Shown here: in pieces, positions 58,581-64,000 of the stretch | How positions within the stretch are numbered: position 1 is the stretch's first letter | How the letters are laid out: every line of letters starts with the position of its first letter | DNA from: Phallusia mammillata | Lineage: Eukaryota | DNA: 64,000 nucleotides | Reading direction: 5' to 3' | Assembly (NCBI GenBank): GCA_965637545.1 | Contig: OZ281494.1 | Span: 19,158,001 to 19,222,000 of the forward strand | Notes under the pieces: generated by a model | The model's database searches: none | Told to the model about the DNA's origin: nothing | The model's input: only the letters and a program-made list of their open reading frames with translations | Position numbers and translations under genes: made by a program

Positions 58581-58693
58581 AACACTGCGAAGATGCAAAC
58601 ATTTCCACACTTTTGTTGTCGTTTTTTGAATCTCAGTTCAATTAGCTGACAAGAACATTTGGGCTTTATTTTCAGGAAACTAGTGCTACTGCT

Positions 58694-61600
58694 ATGAATC
58701 CCAATAAAAAGTATGTATTTTTGTTTTTATTTTTTACCATGTGTATGAAAAAATAACCTCTGTTATCAGTGAATTGGTACCAGATTCAAATTTGTCTTTA
58801 TATGAATCAAAGTTAAACAGAAACCAAAGATATTATTGCAAAGAAAAGTTGCCATACTTTACCAAATTAAATTAAAAAATTAAGGCCTTGCTGTTCTATA
58901 ATGAAAGCTAATTATGTTGTCTAAAAACTTTTTTCCTTCTCAATATCTGTTAGATGTTACTATTGCCATAATAATGGTGAATGTAGCATATAGGAATGGG
59001 GGGTGCAGTAAAATTTATTGTAAACAACCTGATTACAGATATGGTTTGATCCTGTCAAAGAAATCAAAGGACAGTAGTCATCTAAAGCCTAGGTTGTCAG
59101 TTTTTAACAATGATGATTCAAGTGATGAAGATGGAAAAAGCCAGGTTAACTCTCAAATTCATAAAGAAGCAATGAAAAAAATAGTAAAAAAACAAGTACG
59201 TTTTTTCTCTATTTTATATTGGAAATCAATGCGAACAAGAAAAAAATGCTCTTTCAGACTAAACTTGAAATACAAAAAGCTCTGGAAGAGGACGCCACAG
59301 TGTATGAGTATGACCAAATTTATGATGATATGAAATCCAAGTCAATTAAGGAAAATACTCCATCTGCAATCACAAAAGCAGACAAGCATAAGCAGGTACA
59401 TACTGTGTAAAACTGCAAATTGTTTTCAAAATATTTTGGAATGTGATTAATTTTTAGCAGACCTTTACTAATATTAAGTTTAAAGAGCTCTTCTGGCAAA
59501 TGTGATATAGTTTGTGTTTAGCTTTACTAATATTATTTTGTGGGAATTTAGCCAAAGTACATTGGAAGTCTGTTAAAAGCAGCTGAGGCAAGAAATCGAG
59601 AGCGACAACGTGTTGAGGAGCGCAAAATTGAAAAGGAAAGAGAACAAGAAGGGGATACATTTAAGGATAAACCTGCTTTTGTAACTTCTGCGTATCGTAA
59701 GCGAATGCAAGAAAAACAAGAGGAGGAAGAACAGGAAAGACGGGAAGCTGCCATTGAAGGTTTATTTTTTTACTAGTTTATTGTTTTCTTATCAAATTCT
59801 TTCTGTATCAACTGGCTGGCTATAAGTCATTGCTTTTTTTTTGAACATTGTTAAATTTACAAAAACATATTATTTAACTACAAGGTTACAATCAAAGAAT
59901 TATTCCTGGATCCCGCATCAGTACATATTTGTTTGATTGCTGCAGCAAAGCTTCATCCTGTATCCACAAATAAATATTGCATTATTTTGTTTCTTTTAAA
60001 TGCAATTTGAAATGGTATTGTAGAATCAGATAAATTTACATGCTTGAGAAGTTGTAACACCTTTTAACCATGGTAATCTTTATTCAATAACTATCTTAAT
60101 GTAAATTAATGTTGCAAGTTTCATTGTGGCTTGCTACTGATTCCCAGCAAGCCAACAAGTGTGCTAGGATGTGTTCACCTGTTTTGCGTTTCAGTCTGAT
60201 CATCTCTACCATATTTCATAAATTTATTGCATTGGGAATAGTAGACGATGATATACTTGAATTTCTCCATCAATTTTGACATGACTAAAACATTAACACT
60301 TAAACATAACAAGAAATGGCCTCCTTGTCTACTTGTGATTACACAAAGAAGTGTTGCTCAACACAGGAGACATACATTCAACTTAAATTTGCACTTATAC
60401 ACTCACATCATCTGACTTAAGATTTACAAAAGTGGCTGTAAAAGTACTCTGAGATCTTGCCAATCTGTTAAAATTGTTTCACAGACCCTTAAAGAACTGT
60501 GGACTCTTTTGAAACCACTGATTTAAGTATTCAAAGTGTATTTGAGTACAAGCATAGTAAACCCCAAATGCTTTAGGCTTTAATACATCTTTTTTTTACA
60601 GATGCGTTAGATGTTCGCAAGCAGAAAGATCTCAGCGGTTTCTACAGACATTTTCTTCGCCAACAAATGGGTGAGGAGCCATCACCAACTCAAGGGTAAA
60701 TTTGTTTTGCCAAGATTTTGTGCATGTAAATTGTATGTTGTGCAACATGCCTGTTTTCCAATGTGAAATGTTTGTATGATTCAAATTTTATAACAATTTG
60801 GTTGGAGCAATCAGCACATTTTTAAAAAGTTCAAATGTGGGCCTGAAATCTTGTTCACATGCGTTTGATCAAAGATTTGTTTGTAACTTTGAACGAAGTT
60901 GTTTCCAACCATTTTTTTCCCAGGCCTTCATCACTTAAGTAGCAATGTTCCCAAATGATGACTTGTATAATTATCAAAATAAATTCCATTGCAGCAAGGC
61001 CTAAAATAACTATATAGGTTTAACAAACTTCAAAAATGGTAAAATACAGTAAAGGGTATGAGGAATCTTGGCCATGAATATGCGCTTGTCTAAAATTCCA
61101 GCTGATACTATGTATGGCAGACCTGGGCATTGTACAGGAGCAGGCCACATACACCCTTATGGTTGCTTCAATCTGCCATGTTTGATGTATGTCTTAAATC
61201 TACATTGCTTTTGAACTTATAAACAAAATAACGCACCAAGTATTAACCTTAGTGGAACTAGTCAATTTGGTAAAAAATTTTCATTTAACTCCCTAATTAA
61301 ATACAAAATTTAAAAACTCCCTAATTGAAATAGATATGTGTCAACTTAACAAATGTTTAGTTACTAAGCTTCAACCTAAAGTACCATGTGCCAAACAAGA
61401 AACATACAAGTTTCCCTGGCACTTAACAAGACGAAAATGAGCACTTATGTGTTTTGTGAGTTACAATGCCTTTTTACCAAAAAGTGGATGTACAATTTGC
61501 CCTGTCACACATTATGGTAAATAAAAACCAAATATTAACAACAAGACTGTATATATTTTAATGTTGCTGCTGCAAGTTCATGTACTAATAAATTTAGTTC

Positions 61601-62046
61601 CATTTCTTCTGTTCATCTTTAGATCCAAAAAATCTTCACCAACTTCTCAAGAAACTACTGATAATGAAAAAGATGCATCAAACATGGCAGCTGATGTTAC
61701 CAATGAAGATGACAGAGACACAGATATGTCATTTTCAAGTAGCTCTGATGAAGATGATCACAAGCAAGACTCTAATAGCTCCAGAAAGCGAGCTCATAGT
61801 AGTGATTCATCTGAAAACCCTGTTAACCCACAAGATGATACAAATGATGCCACTGAAAAACTTTGTGAAAGCAAAGTTTCCACTAGCCAGGAAGGACATC
61901 GTGTCAATAAACAAACAAAGCAGAATCCAGAAAACACCTCCAGTTCATTTGTCAAACGAACAGACAAAGATTCAGTTTTGTCTGCAAGGGAAAGGTATTT
62001 GGCACGGAAAAAATTGGGCCAATCAAAAAGGTTGGAAGGAAACTAA
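58694..62046 (+). CDS. NSRP1: Nuclear speckle splicing regulatory protein 1 (CCDC55, DUF2040)
   Basis: Exons 58694-58710, 59039-59195 (KYGLIL), 59258-59395 (ALEEDATVYEYDQIYDDM), 59552-59759 (PKYI..LLKAAE.R...FKDKPAFVTSAYRKRMQE), 60602-60695 (LDVRKQKDLSGFYRH), 61623-62046 (VLSARERYLARK). Confidence 0.92.
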
Positions 62047-63769
62047 AATTGTTTGTACTCTTTATATCACACATGTTGTCGTCTGTGGTTTTTAATAATG
62101 ATGATCTAAGTAAAAAGTTAGCTTACATTACAAATAACAATTAAATTGCTTCAGCAATACTGCATTTTGACCTAGACATTCACAAATCAACAATTATTAT
62201 TAGATAAGCTATTAAGATCCACAATTTTTGAAAAATAATAATAATGGGTCATCTTAACATACTTTGAAGTTTATTTTGTTTTTCACTGCTCTGCATTTTA
62301 CAGCCCATTTTGCTTTATTTTCCGATCACAAGTTTAGCATTAGGTTATGCATGTTTACATGCACAAATTTACGTGGGTAAATTACAGAAATTTGCCGTTT
62401 TTTTAAAGGGAAGAAATGAAAAGGCAAATCCAGTACAATTTAGGGTTAATCTTGACAAATGTACCCAGGTAAACTTGGTGGGTAAATTGTAAAACAAACC
62501 AGGTAAATTTTTCTCGTACAGTCTGTGACTGTATGTGGTGTAATGGTTATTTAAAACCCTGTTAGTACAAACTTTCACAACATGCAAACAAACATTAATA
62601 AAATTGATAAACGTAATTGATTTTGCCTCACATGATGCAAAAAGGTTGTGTTGTTTGTTAAAAGTTTGAATGCAAAAACGACTAAAACATGCTTTTTATG
62701 TGGTATTAAAATTTCTTCTGTATAACAATGTTCTCAACAAAATAATAAATTGTAATACTCATTATTTTTTTGCTATATGTTTTTTTATAAAAAATCTTAA
62801 TACATTTGAAGTAAAAATGTGTTCGCCCTCAGCCAAATACAATGTGTTACTTCCTTGCCTCTCTCAGCTAGATTCCTGACCCCTGCTGTTACTTGGAATT
62901 GAACAGCAGGATTTAAGCTCGCTCTTATTAATACAAATAAAATGAACAAACATTTTTTTTGTCACATCATATGAAACCAAAGCATTGATAGAATAATCAT
63001 ACGTGTAATACAACATTGGCAAGGGAAAGAAAAGATAAATAGGAAGCAATCACCAAAAATCAATGTTTTAATTTATCAGCAGTTAGTGTTGGAAATATTG
63101 TTGCCTTTGAATTGCCAAAAATACCACCAGTTGTTTACAAACAGTGTCAAAAAACAAAAAAAATTTGGCAAGCAGCAGAACAACTAGTAACATTTTTACA
63201 CACCAAAAGAAAAAAGTTCACTTTTTATTTAAGTTGCATTAACTGCCACAAAAAAATTAATTTGTTAAAACAATCTGGATTAGAATTGTACAAACTATGA
63301 CAGGAAACTAATCACATTTGTTTCAAATGTTGACATTTTACCATTTATGTTTTTAGTGTACTATGAAATATCATAAATCAATTATTTTAGTTATTGAATG
63401 TCAGTAAACCATAAAAAGCACTCAAAAATACACACAATCAATTGCCAGCACAAACTTATGAACTATATTACACCCAGTACAAACTTTCTGCAATACTAAG
63501 GCACTGATGTAATTTGATGCCTTAAATACTGTAAAACATAATTTCCACAACAACATAAGAGTCCATTACAGTTAAGCGCCACTGAAAAAAGTGCATTTGA
63601 TCTACCCACTTACAGTTGTATTGCACATGAGAAAATAGGCAAAAACAAAATTTCCCCTTATGAACACATCACATCAACTTTTACAAAACTCTATTTTTTG
63701 CCATAAATTTTGCAACTTTTCAAAAATTACTTCTTTCCCAAATGCAACAGCATCAAAATAGATGGTCCA

Positions 63770-64000
63770 TTATGAGATAACAACTGATGTCATATTACTC
63801 AATTCTTCACCCATGTTTTTATCAAATGTGTCCTGAATTTCACTAGGTGACCTAAAATCATCATCCAAACCCTGAGTTGTAACAGTTGCATCAAAAAGCA
63901 GCTCCGAATCATCATCACTGATATCCGAATCATTTGTTTGGTCAACAGTGTTAAAACTTTCAGCAGCATTGGGTGCTTGTTTGCGAAGGACGTCGATTTG
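63770..64000 (-). CDS. C-terminal acidic tail of an unidentified gene extending beyond the window
   Basis: 77-codon open frame from the window edge: QIDVLRKQAPNAAESFNTVDQTNDSDISDDDSELLFDATVTTQGLDDDFRSPSEIQDTFDKNMGEELSNMTSVVIS-TAA, followed by an AT-rich UTR converging on NSRP1. Confidence 0.6.
   Translation of the reverse strand, partial: QIDVLRKQAPNAAESFNTVDQTNDSDISDDDSELLFDATVTTQGLDDDFRSPSEIQDTFDKNMGEELSNMTSVVIS

Overview
Eukaryotic, AT-rich, intron-dense animal genomic DNA with many 50-70 nt introns. The gene content and compactness suggest an invertebrate chordate such as a tunicate; this is inference only. The ORF track is mostly misleading because the genes are spliced, so I reconstructed exons by hand from GT(GC)-AG boundaries and reading phase. 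Genes in order: (1) 5' part of a secreted signal-5xWxxW-3xSushi-vWA protein (-); (2) a 6-finger C2H2 ZNF (-); (3) an orphan 17-exon gene with every coding intron in phase 0, largely missed by the ORF track, with a duplicated RFX X-box promoter module, two AKAP-like helices and a basic/di-Cys tail (+); (4) BRSK/SAD kinase (-); (5) a transmembrane semaphorin with Sema-PSI-2xFN3-mucin stalk (+); (6) NDUFS8 (-) head-to-head with (7) NSRP1 (+); (8) the 3' end of an unidentified gene (-). Mobile DNA: a full-length but broken CR1/L2-group LINE with an 11-bp TSD, three copies of a DINE-1/HINE-like element (one with a tandem ~305-bp array), several hAT and Tc1/pogo MITEs (one carrying a copy of BRSK 3' flank), apparent TA-NNN-TA excision footprints, and a 27/28-bp minisatellite with higher-order repeats. 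The best candidate for an undescribed system is the all-phase-0 micro-exon gene at 19749-27046 with its promoter.
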